Assembly: GCA_045837725.1 (NCBI GenBank)
Contig: JBEWZL010000216.1
Coordinates: 124,001-188,000 of the forward strand
Direction of reading: 5' to 3'
Length of the DNA: 64,000 bases
Origin: Vermamoeba vermiformis
Lineage: Eukaryota
Shown: positions 13,764 to 28,607 of the stretch, piece by piece
How the letters are laid out: every line of letters begins with the position of its first letter
How positions within the stretch are numbered: position 1 is the stretch's first letter
Notes under the pieces: model-generated
Database searches by the model: none
The model's input: only the letters and a program-made list of their open reading frames with translations
What the model was told of the DNA's origin: nothing
Program-made: the position numbers and the translations under genes

Positions 13764-15187
13764 ATGACAGCAGTACCTCACACAACCTTCGATGTATCAA
13801 AAGATGATAGAGGATTTATATATTTTCCTAAAATAACGGAGTAAGTGTTGGCATAGCTACGAATTTATTAGAAAGACGAGAAAAAAATTGTTAAATAATT
13901 TTCAAAAATAATAGGGACAATAAAATAATTCAAAATGGCGCTCCTCGATCATCTCCAGCAACGGTTAGACGAAACAGATTTTTTGAATACGCAAAGGAAA
14001 ATAGACGAGTTGGAATAGGCCTTGGAATTCATTTACTGATTCTCTTACCCGTCGTTTACCTCGTGTATTATATTCCCTCAACACCATTAGACGAAAATGG
14101 ATGGCTTGCAAAATATTTACAAAATAAGTAAGCCTAAATCTGCTTGACGTTCTGAACTAAAACCTTTTTCAGCTATTTCTCGTGGTCCAATTTAGTCCTA
14201 TGGATGATGTTATTAGCTTCGGGATTTTCTTTCGTCGCAAGTACGTATCACTAAACGTAAAGACACCTTATTAACTAATCTTCAGAGATCACCGAACAAA
14301 GATCCAACATGTTCATATCGCGACAGAATAATTATCACGTAAGAATATACACGTGTTTAAATACTGTTATTAATCATAATCAATCAGGAAATTGCAAAGT
14401 TAATGCTAGCTGGACCGATAATTTTTTTGTTTGGACCCGTGTTCACTCTCGCAGGTCCAACACCAACTCATGGATTCACTGCGACTTGGACGAGGCACGA
14501 AATGTTCGGAGCCGTCCATGATGACTCATTGTTTTCATTTTTGTACAATTACTTCATTTACACTGTGATGTACTACATCGGTTTGCAGTGGACTCACTTC
14601 GACAATCACGACTTTTTGCGTGATATGGGCGACAAGGTATGCAATATGAATTGACTATAGACGATGCCTATAGTATAGTATACATGTTGATACTAATGAG
14701 GAATGTTTAGTTAAGCGTGCCTAGCCGTTGGAAAACGTACAAGAAAGCGGAGTTAATTGGCATATCAATGGTTATCTGCTGCATCGCCTTGCCGTTAGTA
14801 ACATTTAATATAGCAGTATTGGTACGTAATCATCGTATTATAGTAATAATGCCAGGTCTAATTTGCTTCGGATCAGATCATGTCTTCTGAATGGTTGGCG
14901 GTGCTATTAACTTACGCTATTCCGTTTTCTATTATTGCCATCATCACTCTTATTCACAGGAATGATTGGGAGATTCATATGCACCATTGGTTCTGGTCTA
15001 TGTGGCTCATTCCAATTACTCGATTTATGAATCCGCTATCTGCCGCATGTCAGGCCTACGTAACCGGAATTTTCGTTGAAGGTAGTTATAATCGATAAGA
15101 GTGGTCTTAGTACAGTAATTTTTAATGAATTGTTTCGCAGGTGTTTCGAGATGGAGCATGGGCGGCATTTGGGATCGAAAGCAGTAG
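13764..15187 (+). CDS. Uncharacterised multipass membrane protein with an HxHH motif
   Basis: Canonical exon chain from MTAVPHTTFD. Several hydrophobic helices, ending EIHMHHWFWSMW...GIFVEGVSRWSMGGIWDRKQ*. Confidence 0.65.
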
Positions 15188-15528
15188 GATAAACATTAAA
15201 ATTATGAACTTGTATCAACAATACAAGGCTGTTGTAAATAATTATATAAATCTTTCGACTCAAGTTGAGAAATGAGGTTGCTTGAGTTGACTTTCTGACC
15301 GGATTTGGAAATTTCGAAGACACGTCTGTTTTTGGACCGGTCCTGAGGCAAAAAAATTGTGCCCGACCACTTTGTCAATACATATTGTATGTAAACACAA
15401 AGCGGGTGTATCAATAGCCCGCCTATTTATTGAATTATTCTGATCGCGCGAGAAAAAAGCTCGAAATAGAAGGATGCTCGGCAAAAATACACTGCACTAT
15501 CCCTATTAATAATTTACATTTATTTACA

Positions 15529-17505
15529 ATGCTTTTTGGAAGTAAGAATTAAGCAGGACTTCAAAAATTTATGCAATAATTAATTTAGTTTTATATTTGT
15601 TCAGATCTTACCGTTACAAAGATATTTTTCGCGCTATTCCTTGCGACACAATATTATGCATTGGCAAATATCGAGGTTTCAATTAATGGGACACTGGTGA
15701 AAACGATCGAATCTGCTGCTTTGGTGTATGGTAAGCTTTTAATACAATACCACAATAATATATAATTTAAGCAAAATTATTCATAATAAAAATGCCGAAT
15801 ATCTCATAATATTCTCGTTAAGCTAGTAAATTCGATATTTGTATTGATGATTTAAGTAGCCGTTTGTCCTTTGCCAACGAGCTAGTTCATAATTAAATAC
15901 CCTAATATTGCATAAATATAAATTAACGCTATTCTTAATGTCAAACGCCTTCACTAACTCAGGGTATTTTTAGGACCGGATCTGAATAACGTTACAGCAG
16001 AAGGCTTTTTGACTCAATTTAACAACGAAACAATATGCGCAAATAGTATAGTACTATTACCCTATAAAATACCATTGGAAGGCAAGATCCTCACCTTACA
16101 AGATTGTGGCAGTCACGGCATCATCGTTTCTAGTCTTGGAGGTAATAGCGAATGTTTCGTAATATAATTTCAATATTATAACACTTGCATATAGTGCCAG
16201 GTCGAGCCATGTATCTGTTAGACGGAACAGATGTGAGGTACGAATTTCAAAGTCTTATCCAAATTTAGAATCAGCATTAAATATAAATTTGATGATTTGC
16301 AGCGGCGTTCGAATACCTTGTCATCAAGTCGAAGAGGAAGATTATAACTATTTAACGGATCTGGCTGCATCCGGAGAAATAGCTAGAATAACCATAATTC
16401 CAAGTACGTCGTATAATTTATTTTTGAATCGTTATATTAATGAGCTTAGGTCCTAACGTATGGCATGACGTATATCAATCAGACGGCCTACTAGCAGCTC
16501 GAATAATTTTCCTGATCTTGATCGGCGCCGCTATTTTACTGTGCATTTATCGTGTCGTAATGTTAATAGTGCGAACTGAATTGGATGAGGATGTGTTGGC
16601 TAAAGTCACTCTATTCTTTATTATTGCTGACTTTTTGGGTACGTTACAACGGACTTAAAATGACACGTGTCACAACTTTCGCTTATTCGCCTGCTCTTAT
16701 TGATTAATTTCCTTTTTAGGCAAGTTATTGTACTTAGTACTGGACCCGTTTGGGGCCAATAGAATATTGACGTACAGCGGGGAAAGAATTTTGGCCAGTC
16801 TTTCATTTCCGTTTTCGTTAACGTCAAACTTTTTGCTTATTTTTTACTGGTAAGAAAATCGATAATTTATTTACAAGAAATAATTACTCTAATTATTTTT
16901 TCAGGACTGTAATGTTGCAAAGAAGATTGGATATTAATACTGGCATGTATTATATGAAAGCACCAGCAGCGTTCGTCGTAGTCACGTGCTTCGCTTTGAT
17001 AGTGGTATTAGTTAGTCTACCAGTTGGTACGTTAATTTTACTTTTAAACTTGGATCTAGCGCTAATTTTTAATATAGAAAATGATTTTGCGTTTGCGGTG
17101 GAATCAGGCATTTACTTTTTTGCCCAATTGCCGGTGGCTATTTTTGCTATAGTAACGTATATAAGACTGGAGATGAAGATGAAAAAATTGCCGAGATTAC
17201 GAGCGAGATTTTCGGCGAGCGATTTTTTGGTACGTAGATCCGACAATTAAGTTTGAAATAATAACACAGATATCGCTATAATATTCACATATATGTATAT
17301 ATAGACGGCGAAGATGATACTTGCAAGTTTCTGCGTCAATTTTTTGATGGTGATCCCGTTGGGTTTGTCAATTAATCCGGAGTACTTGTCTCCAACGCGG
17401 TATTTAACGGCTCTATTTGTAAGTTATGGAGTATTAGTTGCCGTTGATATATTGCAAGTATTTGCTATTCAAATACCGCCAAAATTGCCAACTCGTCCAA
17501 AATAA
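15529..17505 (+). CDS. 7TM receptor-like protein with signal peptide and PA-like ectodomain
   Basis: Signal-like IFFALFLATQYYALA, then an ectodomain (GKILTLQDCGSHGIIV...PGRAMY...IPCHQV), then seven hydrophobic segments and a very short C-tail. Confidence 0.65.
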
Positions 17506-17726
17506 CCAGATGTACATAAACCGTTAAATTTAAATTTATTGCCTCTTTGAAATTTGCGAGTTTTTGCAACTATATATTACTATAATATAAACTAATACAA
17601 CGATATGTCATAATTTGAAAATAACCGTTAAATAATTTTCGGAACAATAATTATCCTCCGGAATGATCGTAAGAACGACGAACAATTTTGAAATATTGGC
17701 AGTATTTTATTATTTCATAACAAGTC

Positions 17727-20233
17727 ATGGCATCGACAGCATTGAAGTGCGTATTATTGGCATTTTTCTTACCACAGGTACGATACGGATCCAAATTCTG
17801 AACTTCCGCATAACAAGTCGATCAACTACTACTAGTAGATCGAATGAATATCAGGATAAATTGCTTCAAATTTAGCCTAAAAACCATCTAATAATTATTC
17901 AAATCTTTATTTTAGGTTTTTGGACTCTACTCCGTTGAGATCCAGCTGTTGATGTCGCAAGGCATCGAATGTACGGCTTGTACATCTGACTCAACAGGCA
18001 CGCAGGTATTAATATACATATATAATATCCATTGCTTATTTTCTTAGCCTATTGAAAATTCATTTTTGACGCACTTTAACTAGTGGAATGTAAATCCAGG
18101 CGGCACTGGCGATTTAATCGCTAATATCACTATGCCCGAGAACAACAATAGTACATCCTATTCCGAGGCTCTTTGTTGCAAATATCTATTTTCTCAAGAC
18201 GAATTAACGATCTTGCAAAACAACACGGATGTGCTTACTCAGATCAACCTGTCATTTTACCGATGGGCCCAATATGGTACGTTAATCCTATATAACATCG
18301 ATTTTATACTTCCGGATTTATCTAATTGTTCATAATTAGATTTAAATGACGGATCTGCATCGGCATTCGATTATGCGTACAATGTAGCGCTCTTCAACAA
18401 TACTAACGGCCAAATATTGTACTCATCTTGGCAAGCTAGTGATATCAATAGCACTCCTATTGGTCAGGATACAACTAGCGTATTGTAAGAACAAATTTTT
18501 TGCTTTTTTTTTTGCCCAACCGAAAAAATTAATCTTCTTTCCTTATTAGTACAAGTTCCGTGGATAATCCTGAATATACAAATAAGGTCAAATCGGTCTA
18601 TATTGTCGTCGGATATCAAATTGCAAGCAACACCAACGCTACTGTCAACTTCGCAAATATTACTGTCAGTTTGGTATTCGATGATACAGGTACGATCATA
18701 AAATTTCTATATTTGGCAGTATCACTTAAAATATTATTCGTTTTAACGAAATTTCAGAACGATTGCAAGCACGAGCGATAAGTTACGGAGTTGGCCTTGG
18801 CGTTGGTCTGCCAATCGTTTTTCTTGCAATTTTCTTGCCAGTTTATTTCAAGAAGATTAAGCCACGTCAATTAAATAAGAAGAATAAGGACAATTTAAAA
18901 GATATGGAAGCTGCGCAAAAGAATGAAGGCACATCCACGGATCCAAAGTACGGCTCAATTTCTGCCACGCCACGAGCCAATTCTTCGAAAAGCACTGCGG
19001 AGCTTCTTGCTACAGGAAATTACAGTCCGTTAGGACCAGTTGACAACGGTAAATAGAATTTTTTTTGCGTTACCTAACGTGGTTTTTTTTTTTTCAGTTT
19101 CAGCACCAGGAAGCAAGTCAAAAAGTGGCGAAAGTAAACATATGCAAGACCGATTCAATATCCCGTACAAAGAGATTTCGTTCAAGCGCGAGATTGGTGC
19201 AGGAGGATTCGGCAAAGTGTTCATGGGTGAATGGCAAAGCACTGAAGTTGCCATCAAGGTCAGCAACAATATCTCGTCGTACCAAGAGTTTCGCAAAGAA
19301 GCTGAACTCATGGTGTAAGTACAGACGGGTTCGGAAGTCATCCCGATGACACGTGTCAAAAGTGTCATTACTTTTACGGTACGAATCTTAACGACTAATC
19401 AAATTCAACTAACGTTGCTTTTAGGAATATTCGACCTCATCCTAATGTGCTGCAAGTGCTTGGTGTCTGCACTGACGGCGTGTCACCAGCGATCATCATG
19501 GAGTACTGTCCCGGCGGCAGTTTGGATCTGCTTTTATTCGACAAATCAAAGCCAGTGACAGCAGAGTACCAGTTCAGATTGATTCTTGGCATTGCACGAG
19601 GAATGCTTCATTTGCACAAAAACAACATTGTTCATCGTGATCTTGCTGCCAGAAACATCTTGGTACGTTAAATACTTAGACAATGTTCGTGAACTGACCA
19701 ATCAAATAACAGCTGTCACGTGATGGCGAACCAAAGATTTCAGACTTTGGCATGTCTCGTATTATCGAGTCATCGATCAAAGAAGGTACTACCAGAACGA
19801 ATATAGGACCTATTCGATGGATGGTAAGTCTTGTTATGAATGTTGAGCGAGGCGGTCACGGATCTAACGAAATTTCAAGGCACCAGAATCGATCAAGAGC
19901 AAAAAGTATAGCACAAAGTCAGACGTATGGAGCTTTGGCATCGTTATCAGTGAAATATTGAACAGAGAAGAGCCACATTCGGAGATTGAAGACGTGCTCG
20001 AGATAGCAATGGCCATAAGAAACGAGAATAGGACGCCAAAAGTGCCAGAAGACGTGCCTGATTTCATCAAAGATATTATGAAACAATGTTGGGCTGCAAA
20101 TCCTGATGAACGACCGGTAAGATTCGGATCCTGAAAATTTAGGAGTGTAACAATCACGTGCTAACTTCCTTTTTAGGAAATGGATGCGATTTGTGACAAA
20201 TTGATCAAATACAAAGATCAAAACAGCTTGTAA
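17727..20233 (+). CDS. Single-pass receptor kinase 1 (tyrosine-kinase/TKL type)
   Basis: Signal peptide, ectodomain, TM GVGLGVGLPIVFLAIFLPVYF. Kinase motifs GAGGFGKV, VAIK, HRDLAARN, DFGMSR, GPIRWMAPE and SDVWSFG. Confidence 0.9.
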
Positions 20234-20405
20234 ATATGGACGGTAAAATAGCATTATCTACGATGCTTAGAGAGGCGGCGAATTGAAGTCCTTTTGGCGA
20301 AAATTTGTATCTCGTTGGCATTTTGATCCCTTTTTCGGATTTTCGTGCTGTAACAAATCAAAATTCCATTTTTACAATCATTTACATCAAAAGAGCACAA
20401 GGAAA

Positions 20406-23059
20406 ATGAGTGCAGGATTGATCGCATTACTTGTGCTGGGCTCTGTCTCGCTGGTAAGATCAGATCGGATGTGACACTCGATTATTGAAATTAAAGTAGA
20501 TTCCTTCCATTAGTATAATAAATTTATTTTTGCTAATAATATTGATTTTTAGGCGCTTGGCTCGCGACAGCAAATGTATGTCGATTTGACACCATCCGAA
20601 GTTGAGAGCTGCTACGCGTGCGCATATGGAGATTTAGTTACTAAAAATACGACTTCGGTAATTATAATATTGAATTTAGCGAGCGTTCAGATTTTTCTTT
20701 TTTTATTTATTTATTCGATCCGATCGCCTTGCGAATTAGTTAAATCGGAATTAATTCATTAAATCTATCATTGATAAATTATGAATATTTAAGTAGTATT
20801 AATTAGTGCCTTGACAGTGGACCGTTCAGCCGAGGGCCGCAAATGGCACTGAATTATTCCTCGGGCAGATCTACATGACTGCAAGCAGCAACGATAGTTT
20901 TAGCTTTTCAGAGCCTATTTGTTGCAGATACGCCTTCACTAAAAGCGAATTGGCTATCATTCAACAGGGCAGAATTTTAACGGCGAATTTGACTTTTCAT
21001 CGTTGGGCTGTTTATAGTAAGGACTATTAAAAGGCTCAGGTTTTACTCATTTAATTAATTAAATTCTTTTTTTGCATAGATAATGACGGAAAACCTTATG
21101 GAGTTGTAGATTACGCCTATGGATTTAAAATTGACGACGGCACTGGCGGTGAATTGATCCACGAATTGTGGACTTTGCAGGACATGCCAAAAGCCCCCAG
21201 ATTAGGCACTGATGCATCGGATTATTTGTACGTATAGGACAGACACCCAAATTTAATTTAAACTTTCAGACTCAATTTTTATTTTGTTTTCTCAGCGAGG
21301 GTTCTTTTGACACATCCAGCGACTCGGGGTATCTTAGCACTACTGTCTACTTAATCATCGCATATCAAATTATTAATACTGCACAAGACGCTGACGTGGC
21401 CTATTCAAGTGTATCTGTTGTCCTTCTGATTGAGGACGGTAAGTACCAGATCCATTCGTCACCGTCTCAACATGTTACGCGATCATTATTAATATATATT
21501 ATATAGCTGATGTTGTTGGCATTGGCTTTGGGGTTGGTTTCGGAGTTGGTGTTCCTATCGTCTTTTTGGCCTTTTTCTTGCCGGTCTATTTCTGTGTTAT
21601 TAAGCCAAAGAGGCAAAAGAAGATCGAGGCCAAGGCCATAGAAATGGTCAATAACTCTAAGCACAATAGTACTAATACCAAGTACGGTGCGATCTCGGGA
21701 ACCATCTCCACGACAACAACTGGATCCGATGGTCTTTTGGGTGGAAATTACAGCCCTCTCGGTCCTACCACACGTAAGTGTATGACCCAGTTCATATATT
21801 GTTTTCATTAACTTGGCAAGTACTCTGATGTCTAAGTACTAATTTCCTTGTTTGGCAAAGTTGACGTGACATCGAGTGCGGTGAAACCACCAACCAAAGG
21901 CGATATGAACGAACGATTCAATATCCCCTACAGAGAGATCACATTCAAGCGCGAGATTGGCGCAGGAGGATTCGGCAAAGTGTTCATGGGTGAATGGCAA
22001 AGCACTGAAGTTGCCATCAAAGTCAGCAACAACGCGACTTCAAACGATGAGTTTCGCAAAGAAGCTGAGCTCATGGTGTAAGTAGTGCATTCCGATTCAC
22101 GAACGATGACACGTGTCAAAAGATACTGCACTACTATTTAATGTTAACTACCCTAATTTACGACCGTGTCATTTTTTTCGCGTGTCAAACTTAATTTAGT
22201 GCTGTGATCACTAAATGTTTTCATATATTTCAGCAATGTTCGACCTCATCCTAATGTGCTTCAAGTTCTCGGAGTTAGCACTGACGGAATAGCTCCAGCG
22301 ATCATCATGGAGTACTGTCCTGGCGGTAGTTTGGATCTGCTTTTATTTGACAAATCAAAGCCGGTCACGGAAGAGTACCAGTTCAGATTGATTCTTGGCA
22401 TTGCACGAGGAATGCTTCACTTGCATAAGAACAACATTGTTCATCGTGATCTTGCCGCTAGAAACATCTTGGTATGAATTGAAATCTCCTCAATATCTAC
22501 GGAACTAACACCGATGACAGCTGTCACGTGACGGTGAACCAAAGATCTCAGACTTTGGCATGTCTCGTATTATCGAGTCATCGATCAAAGAAGGCACCAC
22601 GAGAACGAATGTGGGTCCAATTCGATGGATGGTGCGTTAAAAATGTTTTGGCGATATCTTTGCAAAAATTCTTCGCACCGGTTATTTACGTTGATTGTTT
22701 TATTAGGCCCCAGAATCGATCAAGAGTAAAAAGTATAGCACGAAATCAGACATATGGAGCTTTGGTGTTGTTATCAGTGAAATATTGAACAGAGAAGAGC
22801 CGCACAAAGAGATCGAAGATGTGATTGAAGTCGCGATTGCCATTCGAAATGAGTTGAAAACACCGAAGATCAATCCTGACGCACCTGAACTGCTCAAAGA
22901 GATCATGCAACAATGTTGGGTTATTATTCCTGATGAAAGACCCGTAAGTGCATCTTACATCATGAAATCGTTCTGTTACCGGTAACTTACTTTCCAGTTT
23001 AGGAAATGGACGTGATTTGTGACAAACTGATCAAATACAAAGATCAAAACAACCTGTAA
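20406..23059 (+). CDS. Single-pass receptor kinase 2 (paralogue)
   Basis: Same architecture and kinase intron positions as kinase 1. Starts MSAGLIALLVLGSVSL, ends KYKDQNNL*. Confidence 0.9.
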
Positions 23060-23250
23060 ATTATAGCGTTAGGTTTGTAAATATACCAAGCTTCAAAATC
23101 TAGATATTATTATCCGTAATTCGTTCCAAGAAGATTTTTTGTCTGTTGGCATTTTTGATCCTTTTCCGTTTTTCGGTTCTGTAAGGATTCAAAATTTCAA
23201 AGTTTTACCAATCTTTTACAAATTGATAACAACAGCACAAGAAAGAAGCC

Positions 23251-26089
23251 ATGCGTGCAATAAATATACTGCTTGTGCTTAGTTTGGTTTACTTGGTACG
23301 TCCGGATTTGACATGTTAAAATCAACTCGAGCTTATTTCGCTCCTTCAAAAATAGTAAAAATAATTATAATAATTACTATAATAAATGTATTATTTTGAT
23401 TAGGCAATGGGCTACCGAGAACAAGTTGTCATTTCAATTACGCCGGATGGAGTCGATTGCTATGCATGTTCCTACGGAGACACTACAAATAATACAGGAT
23501 CTGTAAGTATAAATTATCTTTATTAATTGACATTTTGGCGATTTTTGGATGTTCACAAATCTGGATCTTCGATTCTGCTGTTCGGACGCTTTCCGCTCGT
23601 TATATTATGATCCTAAATATCGACGATGTATGAATGACGCTGACGATTTTTGATTTGTTAGTGGGACTACCAGCCAAAAGATTCTTACGGGAATTCCATA
23701 TTGCTGGGCCAAGTTTCGATGCCTCAAAGTAGCAACGATAGTGTTAGCCTTTCAGAGCCTATTTGTTGCAAATATTTATTCAGCACGAGTGATTTGGCAA
23801 TAATACAGAAGGGCGCCCTCTTAACCGTCAATTTGACGTTAAGCCGTTGGGCTGAGTATAGTAAGTAATAACTTATTCTAAATATTTAAATGCTATTTAT
23901 TATAAATTAATTAATTCACGACCAAGCAGATCCGTTCTAACACAATTAGATTAAATTTAAATTTTTAAAAATCTGTGTTTTTTATACTTTACCGAACGAC
24001 TTACTAACCTTTTGCAATAGATAGTAATGACAAGCCCTTTAGAGCGTACGATTTTGCGTATGGTTTTGGGATCTACAACAGCAGTAACGGCGAGTTGACA
24101 TCCGCCATTTGGACGTTGAATCAAACAACGCTTCAAACAGCACCTTGGATTGGACCAAATTCAACCGATTATTAGTACGTAAAATTAATATAATTTAACT
24201 CGAAATATACGTATCTTTACTAACTAAAATTGGATCTTAGCGAGGGCTACTTCGACGATCCCGGTTATGACGTCTATTCCACAGCAACCTATTTGCTAAT
24301 AGGCTACCAAGTAGTTAATATTGGACAAGACGCTATTGTTAAGTACTCAAATGCCACAGTAACTTTTATTGTTGAAATGGGTAAGTTGATCCGGATTTGT
24401 TCGCTAATTTATCGGTTAACGTAATGCATTTTTATAGCTATAAAATTGTCTCGCAAACATATATTTCATTACTAATGTCTTCTAGGTGACAGCGGAGCCG
24501 GCGTTGGGCTTGGCGTTGGACTTGGCCTCGGTGTTCCGGTCGTGTTTTTGGCGATTTTCTTGCCGCTGTATTTCTTAAAAATCAAGCCTAAACAACAAAA
24601 GAAGAAAGAGGCCAAGGCCGTAGAGATGGGCAAGAGTTCTCAGACCGGTACGACAAATACCACTTACGGCGCAATCTCGGGAACTAGCTCTACGACAACA
24701 ACCGGATCCGACAGTCTGTTGGCTGGTAATTACAGCCCTCTCGGTCCTACCACACGTAAGTATACGCATTGATTCATACATAGTTTTCATAAGCTTGGCA
24801 AGCTCTATGATATTCTGGTACTAATTTCCTTATTTGGTAAAGACGAAGGTTCCTCGACTGCCGTGAAGCCATCGAAGAAGGGCGATTTGAACGATCGATT
24901 CAATATTCCGTACAGAGAGATCACGTTCAAGCGCGAGATTGGCGCAGGAGGATTCGGCAAAGTGTTCATGGGTGAATGGCAAAGCACTGAAGTTGCCATC
25001 AAAGTCAGCAACAACACGACATCGAATGAAGAGTTCCGCAAAGAAGCCGAGCTCATGGTGTAAGTACAGCTTATTCTGGCATCTCATTCATGAACGATGA
25101 CACGTGTCAAAAGATACTTTCGTACTATTCCTACTCTATTACGTGCGTTAATCCGTTGACACGTGTCAAATTTTCACGTTGAACTCTGACTACAAACTTA
25201 TCGATGACACGTGTCACGAAATTTCACTATGGACTGCATTACTAACGATTTATACCCTAGTAATATTCGACCGCACCCGAACGTGCTTCAAGTTCTCGGA
25301 GTTAGCACTGACGGAATTGCACCAGCGATCATCATGGAGTACTGTTCTGGAGGCAGTTTGGACCTGTTGATGTTCGACAAGTCAAAGCCAGTGACCGCAG
25401 AGTACCAGTTCAGATTGATTCTTGGCATTGCACGAGGAATGCTTCATTTGCACAAAAACAACATTGTTCATCGCGATCTTGCCGCCAGAAACATCTTGGT
25501 ACGTGTTATTTCCTTAAATGGACCTCCGTTCATGAACTGACCAATCAAATGACAGCTGTCACGTGATGGAGAACCAAAGATCTCAGACTTTGGCATGTCT
25601 CGTATTATCGAGTCATCGATCAAAGAAGGCACTACGAGAACGAATGTGGGTCCTATTCGATGGATGGTAAGTCCACAAGAAATCTTTGCAAAAATTCACC
25701 GTGAAACTTCTAACGCGAAATTTCACAAGGCCCCAGAATCGATCAAAAGCAAAGTTTACAGCACAAAGTCGGACGTATGGAGCTTTGGCATCGTTATTAG
25801 TGAAATATTGAACAGAGAAGAGCCGCACAAAGAGATCGAAGATGTGATTGAAGTCGCGATTGCCATTCGAAATGAGTTGAAAACACCGAAGATCAATCCT
25901 GATGCACCTGAACTTATCAAAGAGATCATGCAACAATGTTGGGCCATTAATCCTGATGAACGACCGGTAAGTTTTGAATTAATTTTATTTTTTGGACTGG
26001 TTTTTTGGATCTAACGCTACTTTCCATTTTAGGAAATGGACGTGATTTGTGACAAGCTGATCAAATACAAAGATCAAAATAACTTGTAG
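23251..26089 (+). CDS. Single-pass receptor kinase 3 (paralogue)
   Basis: Same architecture. Starts MRAINILLVLSLVYL, and the kinase motifs are intact. Confidence 0.9.
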
Positions 26090-26403
26090 AATTATTTATT
26101 ATTAGCATGTAAAATAATAAAGGTTTGTTAATCTCAATTGGCGCCTTACTTTCTGTTGATAGCTTGGAATATCGATTGACTGGCCGTGCTTCCGCAAATC
26201 TTTTTGGGAAAGAATTTAAATTTTTAATGATTTCGAGAAAATTGATGAATTGTACTTTGCATTCACTCTGCCGTTCAATCTGCAAATGACACGTGTCACA
26301 AACTGATCGTTGCGTACAATCAACAACTTTAACAGAAAGAATTTCTTACGCTATTCGGTAATAATGTAATTTTATATGCTTAACATCCGAACTTTCGTGT
26401 AAT

Positions 26404-28607
26404 TTACATATCGTCATCGCAATAATATCCGCCCAACCAGTCGATATTGTCCGATTCCGATTTCTCTCTCCAAGCCACACATAGTCCTAACGAAGCTTGT
26501 TGTTTGAGCTGGCCAATTGTTTCTACGATGTGAACGTCTTTTTGACACTTGTCACAAAATACTTTGGTGTCAGTGTCTTTGACATTTTTGAAGTTTTCAA
26601 GGATCATCGGGCACTCAAACACTAAACTGCAATTTTCTGCAAATATCACGTGATCAATAACATTAAGGCGTACAAAACAAATTTTTTTCTTACCGATCGG
26701 ATGTGGGTCGCTGACACTTTTCGTGGCTTGTACTCTTCGGGTAAAAAACTTATACCAATTTTTGACTTTCAAATCGGGATTCTGATTCGGAAATTTCTTG
26801 TAATACAATCGACGCCATACTGGATCCAGCCCTAACATGATCTGTCTCCATTTTTTGTTTACGACACTCATGCTTATAAGTGCAAATGCTTCTGAATGAC
26901 TAGCATACTATATTGAAAAATAATTAATAAATGTCATTGCGTAGCAGTAAAATTTCAGATCTGGATTTGGATCAAGATCCAAAATTAACGGTGAGTAATT
27001 AAACTAAAACTCAACTAAATTGTATTGCTCATAATAATATTATATACATATAGCTGTACCTCAAATATGATTTGCAACAGCTCCAAAGGCACGGCGTTGA
27101 TGCCAGCAGTCCGCTGAAATTTCGGGGCATTTTTGACGTCCCAGCTAAACTTCGACGCACCAAAATTGTACGAGATCGTTGCACTTCCTAAAAAGGAAAT
27201 CGTGGGAAAACAATCCATGCCGTCGTTAACTTTGCGACCGGCGACGAATCCGATCCACTTTCCATTTTTAGTTAAAAATATACGGTGAGTGTTGTAAGAG
27301 TCCATAATTATTCCGCACCCAAAAATATCTCCGCTGGTCTGTAATAAAGTTGCTCCGCTGTGATTGGTCAAATGATCGCACGTTTGGTTTTGATCGATCC
27401 AACCAACTGCGTTCTGCATATTGCCGATGGAATTGTAGGTATTGAATAGAGTATCGCTGTAGCCAATCATAACATGAGCATCTATATAAATTTCAATTAG
27501 GTCATTTTTTAGCGGATGCACATCCAATAAGTTTTAAAAAGGAGTCAAAATCAATTAATTTAATATAGCATGCTATATATCAATAATAACAATCAACTGT
27601 TTCTTTACGTACCAGCCTTAATAATTTTGACTTCAAAGTAAGGAATTGTCGTGGGATCGGATCGAGCAAAATTTCTATTTGCTTGAAGTGAACGATACCG
27701 AATCTTATCGTTGCAGTTGATAGAAATTATATTGCTATCTTCTACTTCGAATTTAATGTCCTTCTGCTTGACAAAATGCGTTGGAATTGTAGAATTTTCC
27801 TGCGATCGCAGATCGAGTCAATTTTCGGAGGCTTAGAAATACTACTCGAGGCTTAATATATATACGTACGCCGAATGGATCATGTGCAAATTTTCTTTCG
27901 CCAAAATTTACTGCGATGTGCTCGCCTTTGTTACTGAGAGTAACGAAGGGGACCAATGAAACAAACGGATTCGTTCTTTTGTTCGACGGTAGAAATCGCT
28001 TAGTACCATCAGGCAGTACGAAGAATAGTCTTTCTAAAATATAATTAACGAATTAGAAATTTGGGAAAAGAACCGGATCTTTAAGGTCCAAATCCACCTA
28101 CGTTCAGTAAAATCGATACCACAGCCTACAATAGCATTCTTTTGATCAAATCTAGCTTCAATTTCGCTACTTATATATTTTCCATTGTAGTATATCTTTC
28201 CGTCTGCTTGATATTCAAAACGTCCTAAAATATCGGATCAGATTCACCTTAGAAAATAATTACACACTCTAATACTTACTGTTAATCTCATCTATTACAC
28301 CTAATGATATTTTTCTACTTGCACCGATCGATAGAATTTGTATTTCTGAACAAATAAAAACGATTAATTCGGGAATATTTTTGGAATTCAATTGAATAAG
28401 AGTAATAATTGAATTTAAGCTCATATTATTGCAGAAGCTATAGTATTTACCAAAGTAATGTCGGTCAGGAATTTTTAATTCGTTAGGGAGCCAAGATATT
28501 GATTTCAAGTTCAGATCTCGTACTTTCGCTTTGTACGTCGTCAAATATGTGCCATCTATCATCATCGCTCTTATTTCTACATCTTTAGACGTATTGAATT
28601 GCGACAT
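26404..28607 (-). CDS. Tandem SPRY domains + F-box + small C-terminal Cys-rich domain
   Basis: Two SPRY-like units (YFE..I, VGCGID/FGCGII, FLTKNG, VNFG..F). F-box INAVPLELLQIIFE...VNKKWR. C-terminal FECP..FCDKCQKDVH..GLCVA. Confidence 0.75.

Noticed and set aside
25090-25220. Three spaced TGACACGTGTCA copies resembling a CRISPR-like repeat-spacer array
   Set aside because: The repeat is only 12 bp, the spacing is unequal (59 and 48 bp), it lies in a spliceosomal intron, and there are no cas genes.
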